DNA of 51,812 bases, from positions 1 to 51,812 of the forward strand of contig CAYYBO010000002.1 of assembly GCA_964470125.1 (NCBI GenBank), read 5' to 3'. Position 1 is the first letter of the stretch, and each line of letters starts with the position of its first letter. The DNA comes from an uncultured Planctomycetaceae bacterium (GTDB lineage: Bacteria > Planctomycetota > Phycisphaerae > UBA1845 > UTPLA1). Positions 1 to 9,051 of this stretch are shown here, one piece after another. The notes below the pieces were generated by a model. It did no database searches and was not told where the DNA came from. It saw only the letters and a list, made by a program, of their open reading frames with translations. Position numbers and translations under genes: made by a program.

Positions 1-55
1 CGCCGGCATGGACACCGGCCAGGGCACTGTTCCTTATCGACCCCTAGCTTAGGAG
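1..55. repeat. 55-bp terminal overlap identical to 51758..51812 (signature of a circularly closed contig)
   Basis: Read directly: cgccggcatggacaccggccagggcactgttccttatcgacccctagcttaggag occurs at both window ends. Bases 1-52 repeat the 3' end of the 49713..51809 ORF. Confidence 0.95.
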
Positions 56-62
56 GTAACCA

Positions 63-1025
63 ATGTCCGACGAACTCAATCCCATCGAAGCCACCGCAGA
101 ATTGACCACCCAGGACCTGGAGCGCCTCGTCCCTGAATTCAAGGCCGCCGGAGCCCAGCGCTCCCTCACCCTGAAGGAAGTGATCGAGTACGCGAAGAAG
201 GGCCTGGGTGCGGACGCCGCCATGCGCGAAGCAGCCGAGCGCCGCAAGACCGCCGACGCCGAACTCCAGCGCGCTCAGTCGGCCCTGGGGGTGACGAGCG
301 CCATCGACAAGCTGCGTGACCCGGACGCCAGCGACCAGGATCGGGTGGACGCGTTCGCGCGTGTCGCCCAGGGCCTCGGCATCACGGACATGGCGGGCGC
401 GCAGAGGCTGTGGAATTCGTTCTTCCCCGAGGATGCGACCGCCACCTCCTCCCCCGACACGCCCGCCCCCGCCAAAACGGGCGGCAAGCTGCGGCTGGAG
501 GACCTGCCTGACCAGGTGCTGGAGCTGCTTGCTCCGCTGGCCAAGGTGAAGGCAGCGGGGATCGACCTGCCGGGGGTCTTGACAACTTCCCAAAATGCGG
601 TAGAATATACTGCCCGGGAGAGAGCTGTCCGCGAAGTGCAGGCAGCCCTCAAACGCGACCCGGAAATCAGACGCGCTCTCAGGGGGCGCGCGCCGGGTGC
701 CGAAGCTGAACTGGTCAAACGGACTATGTCAGCGCTAGAAAACCGAGTCGCCAGCGGGAAGCCAGTGGCCGACGCGCTCGCCGAGGCTGTCGCGGATACG
801 CGCACCCTCGTAGCGACCCTCGCGCCTCCCGCCGCCGAGCCCGATCCGACCGCCCTTCTCGGGGTGGGTGTCGGGCCTGGTGCCGCCGGGCGATTCCAAG
901 TGGACAAGCCGCCGACCCTGAAACCGGACGACTACGGTAAGTCTGAGGCGATGTCGAATTATTTCGCGTCGCTGCTTGCACGTGGTGACGCGGCTAACGC
1001 CGAGGCCGACGAGCACTCCGCCTAA
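63..1025 (+). CDS. putative scaffolding protein
   Basis: 320-aa ORF with ATG at 63 and AGGAGG RBS at 51-56. A/E/R/L-rich and helical-looking. Lies between the portal-like and capsid-like genes. Assignment by position and composition only. Confidence 0.5.
   Translation: MSDELNPIEATAELTTQDLERLVPEFKAAGAQRSLTLKEVIEYAKKGLGADAAMREAAERRKTADAELQRAQSALGVTSAIDKLRDPDASDQDRVDAFARVAQGLGITDMAGAQRLWNSFFPEDATATSSPDTPAPAKTGGKLRLEDLPDQVLELLAPLAKVKAAGIDLPGVLTTSQNAVEYTARERAVREVQAALKRDPEIRRALRGRAPGAEAELVKRTMSALENRVASGKPVADALAEAVADTRTLVATLAPPAAEPDPTALLGVGVGPGAAGRFQVDKPPTLKPDDYGKSEAMSNYFASLLARGDAANAEADEHSA
579..606 (+). promoter_or_regulatory. sigma70-like promoter embedded in the scaffold gene, upstream of the capsid gene
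   Basis: TTGACA (579-584), 16-nt spacer, TAGAAT (601-606). It forms an AT-rich island inside GC-rich coding DNA. Confidence 0.45.
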
Positions 1026-1062
1026 TCGGAGACACTGCTGACGGCTCCGGCTGGAGTCCACA

Positions 1063-2574
1063 ATGGCTAACACTGCTGACATTCTCGGCTTGGGTATGCA
1101 GCAAACGCTGTCTCCCACGACCGACTGGTTCCTGCCTCAGGTGAGCGAGTCGTGGAAGGATATTGCCACGCAGGGCACTCGCGTGGCCCAGCTCGACAAC
1201 CTCGGCAAAGACTGGAAGGTGATCTGGCCGTTCCAGTGCGGCATGGCTGGCGCCATCGAGCCCAGCACGCTGACTGGGCCGGCGATCGCCACCGACCCTA
1301 CGACCCCCAACCCCGTCGACCTCAACGTCCTCCAGGACTATGAGACGTGGCCTGGCATCACCGAGTCTGTGCTGCCGGCCGTGAACATCAAGACCATCAC
1401 CCTCAAGCGCATCAAGGGCAACCTCTACTTCCCCTCGGAGGTCATGCAGCTGGCGCAGCTCAAAGCCTGGAAGATGGCTTCGGATATCTTCTCCGGCTAC
1501 CTCAAGGGCTTCGCTCGCAACATCGCCTTCATGATGTGCAACTACTGGTTCGCGCAGCCGGGCAACGGCATCATCAACGCCCTGGGTAGCTTCACCACGG
1601 GCGGCGCCGCCGCTGGCACCTACACGGGGACAACCGGCCTCGACGTCACCCTCGACGTTGCCGGCACGTCCAACGCCGTCCCGAACAGCTTCGCGAAGTG
1701 GTCCTCGGGCATGCGCGTGGACATCTTCAACCACAACGGGACTACCCGCCTGAACAGCGGCCCGGTCTTCGTCTCGAAGGTGAAGGGCCTGAACCGCACT
1801 GCCACGTATCCGGGCCACGTCACCCTGTATTGCCCGAACGGCTCGTTTACCGTCGCGAACACGACGCTCTACCACATCGTTCCCCGTAACTCGGGGCGCG
1901 AGACGAGCGGCGCCAACTACCTCCCGACGCGGCTCGAAGACTTCTTCGCGTCGAGCGGTGCGCCGACCTCGATCTTCGGCCTCAACACCACCAGCTACCC
2001 CGAGCTGCAGCAGGTAGTGGTCACGACCAGCATGGCCGCGACCGAATCCCGCCTGCAGCAGTACCTGGCGGAGCGTGAGATGTACGTTGGGAACACCGAC
2101 ATGGGGTCGCAGCCCGACACGTGGCTCATGTCCCCGGGCATCATGGCCCGGTTCTTCATGGACTACGAGATCGTCAAGCACAGCAACGCCGGTGCGGCCG
2201 TCGACCTGAGTGGCGGCGTCAAGAAAGAGATCACCTACACGTTGTTCGGCCGGGACTACACGTTCCGCAGCGAGCGGTGGGTGCCGCAGAAGCACGCCTA
2301 CCTCCTGCAGATGAAGAACAACTGGCAGGTCGTGCGTCCGCCCCGCAGCAAGGGCACCAGCACGTCGCCCGGCTTCGACCAGGGTCTTGAGTTCCTGGCC
2401 TCGCTGGACGGCTCCAGCGGCATCTTCCTGCATGCGAATGCGGTGGGCGGCTCCACGGCGGGCGCCTTCACCTCGATGTTGCACTGCCCGTGCCGGATGA
2501 TCTACGACGTGATTCCGGAGAAGTTCGGCGGCTGGTTCAAGTTCACCAACCTGACTGAGTCTTACGCGTCCTAG
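1063..2574 (+). CDS. putative major capsid protein
   Basis: 503-aa ORF with GGAG RBS at 1053-1056. Directly follows the scaffold-like gene and is followed by a stem-loop. Size and position are typical of a major capsid protein. No motif-level identification by eye. Confidence 0.6.
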   Translation: MANTADILGLGMQQTLSPTTDWFLPQVSESWKDIATQGTRVAQLDNLGKDWKVIWPFQCGMAGAIEPSTLTGPAIATDPTTPNPVDLNVLQDYETWPGITESVLPAVNIKTITLKRIKGNLYFPSEVMQLAQLKAWKMASDIFSGYLKGFARNIAFMMCNYWFAQPGNGIINALGSFTTGGAAAGTYTGTTGLDVTLDVAGTSNAVPNSFAKWSSGMRVDIFNHNGTTRLNSGPVFVSKVKGLNRTATYPGHVTLYCPNGSFTVANTTLYHIVPRNSGRETSGANYLPTRLEDFFASSGAPTSIFGLNTTSYPELQQVVVTTSMAATESRLQQYLAEREMYVGNTDMGSQPDTWLMSPGIMARFFMDYEIVKHSNAGAAVDLSGGVKKEITYTLFGRDYTFRSERWVPQKHAYLLQMKNNWQVVRPPRSKGTSTSPGFDQGLEFLASLDGSSGIFLHANAVGGSTAGAFTSMLHCPCRMIYDVIPEKFGGWFKFTNLTESYAS

Positions 2575-2586
2575 TGACGCACCCGT

Positions 2587-2615
2587 GGAGCCCGGTGCGC
2601 CTCCCGCCGGGCTCC
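2587..2615 (+). terminator. stem-loop after the capsid gene (possible leaky intrinsic terminator)
   Basis: GGAGCCCGG (2587-2595) pairs with CCGGGCTCC (2607-2615): 9-bp stem, 11-nt loop. Followed by T/C-rich tcctccttctt. Confidence 0.35.
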
Positions 2616-2655
2616 TCCTCCTTCTTCCGGGGGAGGCCCAACTGAGGTAACGAAC

Positions 2656-3147
2656 ATGCCTATTCAATCTTTCGGTCGCAGCAACTTCCAGTGCGCTACG
2701 ATCGGCCTTCGTGGCGCAAGCACCAACTACCGCCTCAATGGCGGCTCGACGGCCGTGGTCTCTTTCAAGGCCGCGTCGTGCAACGGCGGGAACTACGTCC
2801 AGATCGGCAGTGCGCTGACGGCGGACTACAACAACGCCACCAGTTCGCGCATTACCGTGAACCAGCCCGGGTACTACCGTGTCTCCGCGCACGGGTCGTA
2901 CAACGGAGCCGTCAAGACGAAGAACACAGGGTTCGAGATTTACCGGAACGGCGCGGCGTTGAGCGTGCCGTGCGCGGTGAACATGATCGTGACGGATACT
3001 GGCGACAGCACCGACACGAACGGCTTCCACCTGGAGCGAACGATGTGGCTCGAACCGGGCGACTACATCCAGCTGTATGCACTGCTGGTCGCGTCCGGCG
3101 ACGGCTACCTCACCGAGTGTGAGCTGTCGGTTCATTCGGTCGGCTAA
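2656..3147 (+). CDS. C1q/TNF-like jelly-roll domain protein (capsid decoration or fibre candidate)
   Basis: 163 aa. Contains ITVNQPGYYRVSAHGSY, FEIYRNGAAL, MWLEPGDYIQLYAL and LSVHSV. These match the C1q-domain pattern (G-Y-Y-hydrophobic strand, N-G strand, L-x-x-GD-x-V/I-x-L, C-terminal hydrophobic strand). Confidence 0.5.
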   Translation: MPIQSFGRSNFQCATIGLRGASTNYRLNGGSTAVVSFKAASCNGGNYVQIGSALTADYNNATSSRITVNQPGYYRVSAHGSYNGAVKTKNTGFEIYRNGAALSVPCAVNMIVTDTGDSTDTNGFHLERTMWLEPGDYIQLYALLVASGDGYLTECELSVHSVG

Positions 3148-3161
3148 TCGCGATTTGTGGT

Positions 3162-3197
3162 GGGCTCCCTCCGGGTGTCACAGCTTGGAGGGAGCCC
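3162..3197 (+). other. perfect 11-bp stem-loop after the C1q-like gene (attenuator or RNA-stability element?)
   Basis: GGGCTCCCTCC (3162-3172) pairs with GGAGGGAGCCC (3187-3197), with a 14-nt loop. No clean U-tract follows. Confidence 0.5.
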
Positions 3198-3224
3198 GCC
3201 TCAGCTTTAGCTTAGGAGTATCCC

Positions 3225-3590
3225 ATGGCCGTAACGCAAGCCGCCGCCTCATCGTTGACGGACGTGGTCGGCACCGCAGTCTATGACTCGGCGCTGGGTG
3301 CCACGGCCGTCTGCGACACAACGCAGGACGTCGTGCTCCGCCAGATTGTCATCAACAACGCAGCGGTCGCTGGCGCGGCCTGGCTGCAAATCTTCGCGAA
3401 GTTCGCGCCGACCCTCGGCACCGACTGGGCCGATCACGGAATTCCAGTGCCTGCGTCGAAGATCGTCCTGGTGACCCTCAATGGCGACTGCATGGAGTTC
3501 GATGACGGTTACTCGTACGCCTTGACGGATGCGGCGCACGGCTCCTCCCTGACGGGAGCGGCTCGTGGCCTCGCCGTAGGCCGAGATTAG
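3225..3590 (+). CDS. hypothetical small structural-module protein (paralog of 3600..3992)
   Basis: 121 aa with AGGAG RBS. Shares the pattern L-x-x-I-hydrophobic-I-N/D-N-x-A ... LGT ... V-x-A-x-K with the next ORF. Confidence 0.6.
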   Translation: MAVTQAAASSLTDVVGTAVYDSALGATAVCDTTQDVVLRQIVINNAAVAGAAWLQIFAKFAPTLGTDWADHGIPVPASKIVLVTLNGDCMEFDDGYSYALTDAAHGSSLTGAARGLAVGRD

Positions 3591-3599
3591 GAGCTGCCC

Positions 3600-3992
3600 A
3601 TGCCTGCTGCAACAACGTCAATCCAATCCGTAGCGAGTGCCGTCGCCGCCTACGTCGCAAGAGACAGCGCCGCCGACGAAACCGTCGTCCAGCTGAAGGC
3701 TTCAGCGGCGACGGTGCATAAGCTGCTCATCGACAACCGGGCTTCGGGCGCTGTAGACATCGTGATCGAGCTGTTCGACGAGGTCGCCGCTTCGGTCACG
3801 CTCGGAACGACCGCGCCGTGGCTGTGGCTGACGGTCAAGGCCGGGAAAACTGCTTCGATGGACCTTCGCAACGTCACCGACGGGACCGGCCTCGCCACCA
3901 GCACAGCGCTGAGCATCGCGGTCGTGACCGCCGTGAACGGAGTCGCCGGCCCCGCTGTGTCGCCGGTGAGTGTCGAAGTTCAATTTACCTAA
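3600..3992 (+). CDS. hypothetical small structural-module protein (paralog of 3225..3590)
   Basis: 130 aa with AGGAG RBS at 3588-3592. Collinear similarity by eye to the preceding ORF. Confidence 0.6.
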   Translation: MPAATTSIQSVASAVAAYVARDSAADETVVQLKASAATVHKLLIDNRASGAVDIVIELFDEVAASVTLGTTAPWLWLTVKAGKTASMDLRNVTDGTGLATSTALSIAVVTAVNGVAGPAVSPVSVEVQFT

Positions 3993-4011
3993 GCAATGAC
4001 GGAGGCACGTC

Positions 4012-4422
4012 ATGACGCAACTGACCCGCCGTGAGCCGGTGGTTGAGACCGAGTTTATCCGCTTTCTGCGGAGGGAAATCCCCACCCACGCCCACGAACT
4101 CATGTTGTTTGTGGTGCCACGCAATGGGGTCTTCGTTGTGGGCACTTGGATTAATCGGGGGCAAGGGCTCGTGCGCGAGCTTGCTCCGTATCCGATCGAG
4201 TCGGGGCCGACCCGCGCCACCGTCGTCCGGGTGAAGCACCGGCTGTGTCTCGACCTGGAAGTGGCCGCTCGGCGCCACGCCATCGAGCAGCTGCATCGAA
4301 CCGAGTGGAACGCCCTGGACGAGTCCGAACAGTGGGAGGAAGAGAGAATCCGCCGCCTCCGCGACTCGATGCCGCGCCGGCACCTCGACGCCTCCAACCC
4401 CTACCTGAACCTCCTGTCTTAG
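4012..4422 (+). CDS. hypothetical protein
   Basis: 136 aa with GGAGG RBS at 4001-4005. High GC3 in this frame. Confidence 0.6.
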   Translation: MTQLTRREPVVETEFIRFLRREIPTHAHELMLFVVPRNGVFVVGTWINRGQGLVRELAPYPIESGPTRATVVRVKHRLCLDLEVAARRHAIEQLHRTEWNALDESEQWEEERIRRLRDSMPRRHLDASNPYLNLLS

Positions 4423-4495
4423 TTGGAGCCGACAATGCCCTCACCGAAACGCACCATGCAGCTGCTCTACGGCATGAACACATAGGAGCCATAGC

Positions 4496-5560
4496 ATGGC
4501 CACGACTGACGCCCCCTACCACGAACAAGGCTTCATCGCCCGCGCGCTCAAGTGGCTGCGCGTCTATGCGGACGAGCCGGCCGACGTGGACCGCCGCTTC
4601 ACCGACGCGGAGCTGTGCCTCGCGTGGGGCGAATCCACTGCCGCCCTCATGACCGAGCTGTACGCTGCGGCGGACTACCCTCCTAAAGCGGTGCATAGCT
4701 TCACGACCGTCGCCTCGCAGCAGCACTACAAACTGCCGCCCAACGTCCAGGAGATCACACGCATCGCGTGCCTCGACTCGACCACCGGACTGCCCAACTG
4801 GGTAGTGGTGCCGGACAGTCCGCGCGCCCCGTGGGGACCCAACTTCCTTCTGGATGGGCTGCAGGACTTCCAGCTATTGCCCATCCCGCAGGACGGCGGC
4901 GACACCATCACCATCGAGTACGTGCCGGGCGGGCCGGTTCTCTTCCACCAGCAGGCCACGCCGATCTACGAGGGGCCTGGCGACACCGGCACTTTGCGCC
5001 ACACCAGCACCACGTTCAAGCTGTGGCATCGAACGGACACCGGCTGGCTAGTCGGCGGCTTCGACAAGCGCCCCAACGCCTTCGTGGGCTCGCGGTTGCG
5101 GCTCCTTGGTTCCATTACTGACGGCAAGCCAGCGACAATGCTCTCTCCGTGGATTCCAGTACAGGAGCGGCGCATTGAATCCTACAGCATGGATGACGGC
5201 CTTAAGCTCACGGTGGCTCCGGCGTTCGACTCCTCGTGGCTCAACACCAGCTCGACCTGGGCCGCGTGGCTCAACGCCGCGAAGACCACGCTGCCGGGCG
5301 ACTCTGAGGCGCGCTCTTACGTGGTGTATGAGGTATTGCCTGATCTGGACCCGGCGCTTGTTGGGCTGGGGGCGATCGCTGCGGCGCTCGACCTGTGCAC
5401 CGCCGGAACCAAAGGCAAGAAGATCGTGGCGTTGTCCAATCTGTTCCAGCGACGGAAGCGAGCACTGCTTATGAAGTGGTCTCAGCCGCAGACGATCGCG
5501 TCGATCCACATGGACACGACCCAGTCTTCGGCTGATGCTTGGTCTGGAGTGCAGTTCTAA
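4496..5560 (+). CDS. putative head-tail adaptor/connector-like structural protein
   Basis: 354 aa with AGGAG RBS at 4484-4488. Position after the head genes. The N-terminal F-T-D-A-E-L...TEL helix and Y-K-L-P-P-N-V-x-E-I-x-R-I segment resemble phage adaptor proteins. Weak, by eye. Confidence 0.35.
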   Translation: MATTDAPYHEQGFIARALKWLRVYADEPADVDRRFTDAELCLAWGESTAALMTELYAAADYPPKAVHSFTTVASQQHYKLPPNVQEITRIACLDSTTGLPNWVVVPDSPRAPWGPNFLLDGLQDFQLLPIPQDGGDTITIEYVPGGPVLFHQQATPIYEGPGDTGTLRHTSTTFKLWHRTDTGWLVGGFDKRPNAFVGSRLRLLGSITDGKPATMLSPWIPVQERRIESYSMDDGLKLTVAPAFDSSWLNTSSTWAAWLNAAKTTLPGDSEARSYVVYEVLPDLDPALVGLGAIAAALDLCTAGTKGKKIVALSNLFQRRKRALLMKWSQPQTIASIHMDTTQSSADAWSGVQF

Positions 5561-5895
5561 TGCGTGCATCACTCGCAGCGCAACGCCTGGCTCGTCGAGC
5601 GTGGAAGCGCACCGCCTCCGCGCCGGGCCGGATGCTGGGGCAGCGTCCTCCGGCCGAACCGGAGCGCACCCTCCTTCTGCGCGACCGGGCCAAGGAGGAC
5701 GCTGCCACCACCGACAAGGAGGAAGCTGCCGCCAGTCGGCTGCTCGACCTCGTACAGAAGCGACGCGCCGCTCAACTGGCCGCAACCCGGCGTTCGACTC
5801 CTGAAGAGGGGCCGGTCGCGGGTGGCGCTGTCCCCGAGCTGAGCGACACGACCATCGCCAACCTGCGCGCTAACTTGCGTGCTATTCGGAGCTGA
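5560..5895 (+). CDS. hypothetical basic protein
   Basis: ATG at 5560 overlaps the upstream stop (TAATG). The track ORF extends back to 5539. About 111 aa, R/A-rich. Confidence 0.5.
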   Translation: MRASLAAQRLARRAWKRTASAPGRMLGQRPPAEPERTLLLRDRAKEDAATTDKEEAAASRLLDLVQKRRAAQLAATRRSTPEEGPVAGGAVPELSDTTIANLRANLRAIRS

Positions 5896-5897
5896 CC

Positions 5898-8800
5898 ATG
5901 TCGATCCTGATGGAGTCGCCGGACGCCCGCGTTGAGCAGGACCTGACGTGGACTGTCCCCCTCAGCAACTGGAATCTCGACTACGTTTCGGAGCCGGAGG
6001 AACTCTTGTCGGACGCGTGTTGCCGCGTCGTGGGGATGGACGGCAACGACACGCGGGGCATGACCCGCTCGCGCGGCTTCAAGCTGTGGATGGACCCAAC
6101 CCAGGCGACGCTCTTCAAGACGTATCTAACGGGAACCTCCACGTCGCTGCCCTTCAACTGCCGCCAGGTCCTGGAGGCTGTGCCCTTCTGCTTGGCAAAG
6201 TGCGACACGACCGGCTACGTTTATGGCAGCGTCTACCAGGTGCTGGTCCGCGCCGACACGGACGCGTGGGCTATCGAATCCTACGTCATCTGGCACAACA
6301 ACACGAAGCAGCGCCTGTGGAATCCGATCGTCTCTGCTGACTCGTGCTTCAAGTTGAGGTCGATGGGCACGTTCACCGACGCCACCATCGCGCGGGACGG
6401 GGGCCTCCTGCACGGGACGTCGTTCGGGCGGTTTCTCTACCTGTTCCGGCCGAATTTCTCCTTCTACAGCTCGGCACCGAGCGACGCCTTCCAGCAGCAT
6501 ACGGTGCTGTGGGCCGGGGACAGCTGCCCGGCTCGCTACCCCGCAGATCGTGGCACCGACGTTGACGGGACGCGCTGGTTCATGGACTGGTTTGGTGTGC
6601 CGGCGGGACAGGCCACGTGGGCTGACGGGTTCAACGTGCCGATCGACACGACCGCCGACAAGGTCAACGGCCGCGCCACGGCGGGCATCTACAAGTCGGG
6701 GTTCCGGCTGGTCGACTCGGAGCGGGGCCGCTACTCGAACGCCTCCTTCCGCCTCATCACGTACGACCAGTATCTCGAACAAACGCAATCACCCGACGCC
6801 GCCAACGAATTCGTCGCGACGATGTCCGGCTCTACCCGCAGCGCTCTCTTGCTGTACGGCGGCATCATGCAGAACACGCCCTCCAAGACGTTTCCGTATC
6901 TGGCCAGCGACAACGCCACCGGCATCTTCATGTGGGATAAGTGGCATCCCTTGTGCAGCCTGTCTTCGCAGTCCACGACCGAGCCGGCGGCTGGCGTTTT
7001 CTACGTGGTGGACGAGCTGCCCACCCATGCGGACTTCCGCGCCTTCGACCTGACCGGCGACTGGGCGTCGATGTGGGGGACGTACACGGCGGGCGGCACC
7101 TACCCGAATAAACTGGGCAACTGGCTGTTCGCAGGGATCACGCTCTCCCACGTGTTCAACGTGGAAACGGACGGAGCAGGCACCGCCGACCCGGTCTCCC
7201 GCAACGAGAACTACACACTGGTGGATTTCTACGGTGCCATCGGAACGGCGGCCGACGGCAATGGTCAGCGAGAAGTCCAATACAGCCCGATGACGGACGA
7301 AGTGCTGGCTGCGTTGCCGCGCTACGATCCCGTCATGGACACGTTCTTCACCTACAGCGAGCTGGGCCAGCCGTACGCTTCGACGATGTTCATGGGCAGC
7401 ATGTTCCTGTTGACGCGGCCACGGCCTAACGTCACCGACGAAGTTGAGGTAAACGACCAGCTCTATATCATGTGGAGCGATCCTCGAAGGGTGGCGCCGG
7501 AGAACTTCAGCGCCGCGTGCTTCTTCCCTACGGAGTTCCGGCTGACGGCTGCTCCGGCTCTTGGGCAGACCAATCTCGTCGACGTCGACATCACGCAACT
7601 GGTGCCGCCGAAGGCCGCGTTCGTCGCCGCCGCAGGCAACCTCTACGCGCTGGGAGACGGCCCGGTCTACAAAATCAGCTATGATCCCGCGTCGGAGCTG
7701 GGCTTCTACGTCGGGCAGATCGACGACGGCCGGGTCCTTTGCTCGAAGCATTCCTGCGTGAGCTTCGGCGCTGCCGCCCTCATCGTAACGGAGAAGGGCG
7801 TCTTCGTGTTGGACGGAGGGACGGACACCTTCTACGAAGTGCTGGAGCTGCAGCGCCTGCTGACGAAGCGCTGGACCACCGAGGCTTTGCGGGGGTCGAT
7901 CTCCTGCGCCTACGATTCCCTCGATCAAACCGTGTCGATCTTGTGCGGGAGAACCGGCGAACTCGTGCGCATCTGGTTGAAGACGAACCGCGTCACGATG
8001 GACGAGTACACCAACTTCACCATGGTGCGCGAGGGCATCATCTCCGTTGACGGGATCAGTAATAGGCGCCGCGCGCTCTACTACACGCAGCACGGTCGCT
8101 GCTACTATTCGTCGGATGACCCGGGCGAGGGCGACGGCCGCCTCACTCAACACACGCTGGCGGTGCCGGCCCCCTCCACCCAAATCAAGCCGGACGTAGC
8201 GGGGCTGGCGGCACCGTGGCTCTACGTGGCGGACACGCACCTCGCCGCCGAATCCTACGTGAACGGGCATGGCCGCTGCATCGGACTCGATCTGAGGGAC
8301 GCGCCCGAGGGCGAGGACCCCCCTGCGCCGCGCACGGCGACACCGCCCGGGGCCTCCCAGGGCACCTCCGCCCCCGTTCTACTCAACCCGGCGCTGGCCC
8401 GTGACATGGTCATCGAAATACTGGACGGCCCGAAGGCCGGCTACGTCTTCACCAGCACGCCGCTGGCACCGTCAGAGTACCCCGACGTCGACGGAACAAT
8501 AGCCATCCAGGCTGAGGCGGAGGACCTCCTGCCCAGTGACGTCGAGGGCCACTGGATTCAACTCAGCCCGCTGCACAGCTACGTGGTGGGGGGTCCGCTG
8601 CCCGGGGCCACGGCCACGCGCCTGCTCGAACGAATCCACGCCAAGGCCGTGCTCCCCGGAGCTGTCCGCCTCTCGGCGTCGTACGTCGAGATGGTGTCGA
8701 CCGTCAGCTCGATCCAAGTAGGGATGGTGCGCCCGGCCGCGCTGATCGCCACTGAAACCAAACCGGACACGCGGGACATCCGTGGGCAGTACGCGCGGCC

Positions 8801-9038
8801 ACTGGACGGCTGGCTGGACTTCCACAGCACGACCATCACCATGAGTGACTGCCCCGCTGCCGGCGTCATGTGGGACGACGACCGCCCCTACAAGCAGTTC
8901 GCGTGGCTGGCCGCGCCCTACAACGTCACCGGACACACGCTGCTGCCGGTGTTCTACGCACGGACGGGCGGCTGGGACTTCCACTTGTTTTGGTTGATGG
9001 TTTGTGGTACAATAGCACCGACGATGACGGTTAAGTAA
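5898..9038 (+). CDS. large structural protein (tail tube/nozzle or tailspike candidate)
   Basis: 1046 aa, W/Y/G/T/D-rich and beta-looking. Follows the adaptor-like gene. Call rests on position and size only. Confidence 0.4.
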   Translation: MSILMESPDARVEQDLTWTVPLSNWNLDYVSEPEELLSDACCRVVGMDGNDTRGMTRSRGFKLWMDPTQATLFKTYLTGTSTSLPFNCRQVLEAVPFCLAKCDTTGYVYGSVYQVLVRADTDAWAIESYVIWHNNTKQRLWNPIVSADSCFKLRSMGTFTDATIARDGGLLHGTSFGRFLYLFRPNFSFYSSAPSDAFQQHTVLWAGDSCPARYPADRGTDVDGTRWFMDWFGVPAGQATWADGFNVPIDTTADKVNGRATAGIYKSGFRLVDSERGRYSNASFRLITYDQYLEQTQSPDAANEFVATMSGSTRSALLLYGGIMQNTPSKTFPYLASDNATGIFMWDKWHPLCSLSSQSTTEPAAGVFYVVDELPTHADFRAFDLTGDWASMWGTYTAGGTYPNKLGNWLFAGITLSHVFNVETDGAGTADPVSRNENYTLVDFYGAIGTAADGNGQREVQYSPMTDEVLAALPRYDPVMDTFFTYSELGQPYASTMFMGSMFLLTRPRPNVTDEVEVNDQLYIMWSDPRRVAPENFSAACFFPTEFRLTAAPALGQTNLVDVDITQLVPPKAAFVAAAGNLYALGDGPVYKISYDPASELGFYVGQIDDGRVLCSKHSCVSFGAAALIVTEKGVFVLDGGTDTFYEVLELQRLLTKRWTTEALRGSISCAYDSLDQTVSILCGRTGELVRIWLKTNRVTMDEYTNFTMVREGIISVDGISNRRRALYYTQHGRCYYSSDDPGEGDGRLTQHTLAVPAPSTQIKPDVAGLAAPWLYVADTHLAAESYVNGHGRCIGLDLRDAPEGEDPPAPRTATPPGASQGTSAPVLLNPALARDMVIEILDGPKAGYVFTSTPLAPSEYPDVDGTIAIQAEAEDLLPSDVEGHWIQLSPLHSYVVGGPLPGATATRLLERIHAKAVLPGAVRLSASYVEMVSTVSSIQVGMVRPAALIATETKPDTRDIRGQYARPLDGWLDFHSTTITMSDCPAAGVMWDDDRPYKQFAWLAAPYNVTGHTLLPVFYARTGGWDFHLFWLMVCGTIAPTMTVK
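8985..9013 (+). promoter_or_regulatory. possible extended -10 promoter at the 3' end of the 1046-aa gene
   Basis: TTGTTT (8985-8990), 17-nt spacer, TGgTACAAT (9005-9013). Lies in an AT-rich patch. Confidence 0.3.
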
Positions 9039-9051
9039 CAAGGAACGCATC

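Noticed and set aside
994-3135. Very long minus-strand ORFs in the track: 994..3135, 6789..8270, 9031..10620, 12607..13824, 16612..18783, 20096..21322, 26786..27823, 31374..32537, 32591..33700, 35380..36453, 47345..48223, 50799..51656.
   Set aside because: Their translations are R/G/A/P/H-rich low-complexity strings without motifs or RBSs. Each lies antisense to a + strand ORF that has recognisable motifs, RBSs and high third-position GC. This is typical shadow-ORF behaviour in high-GC DNA.
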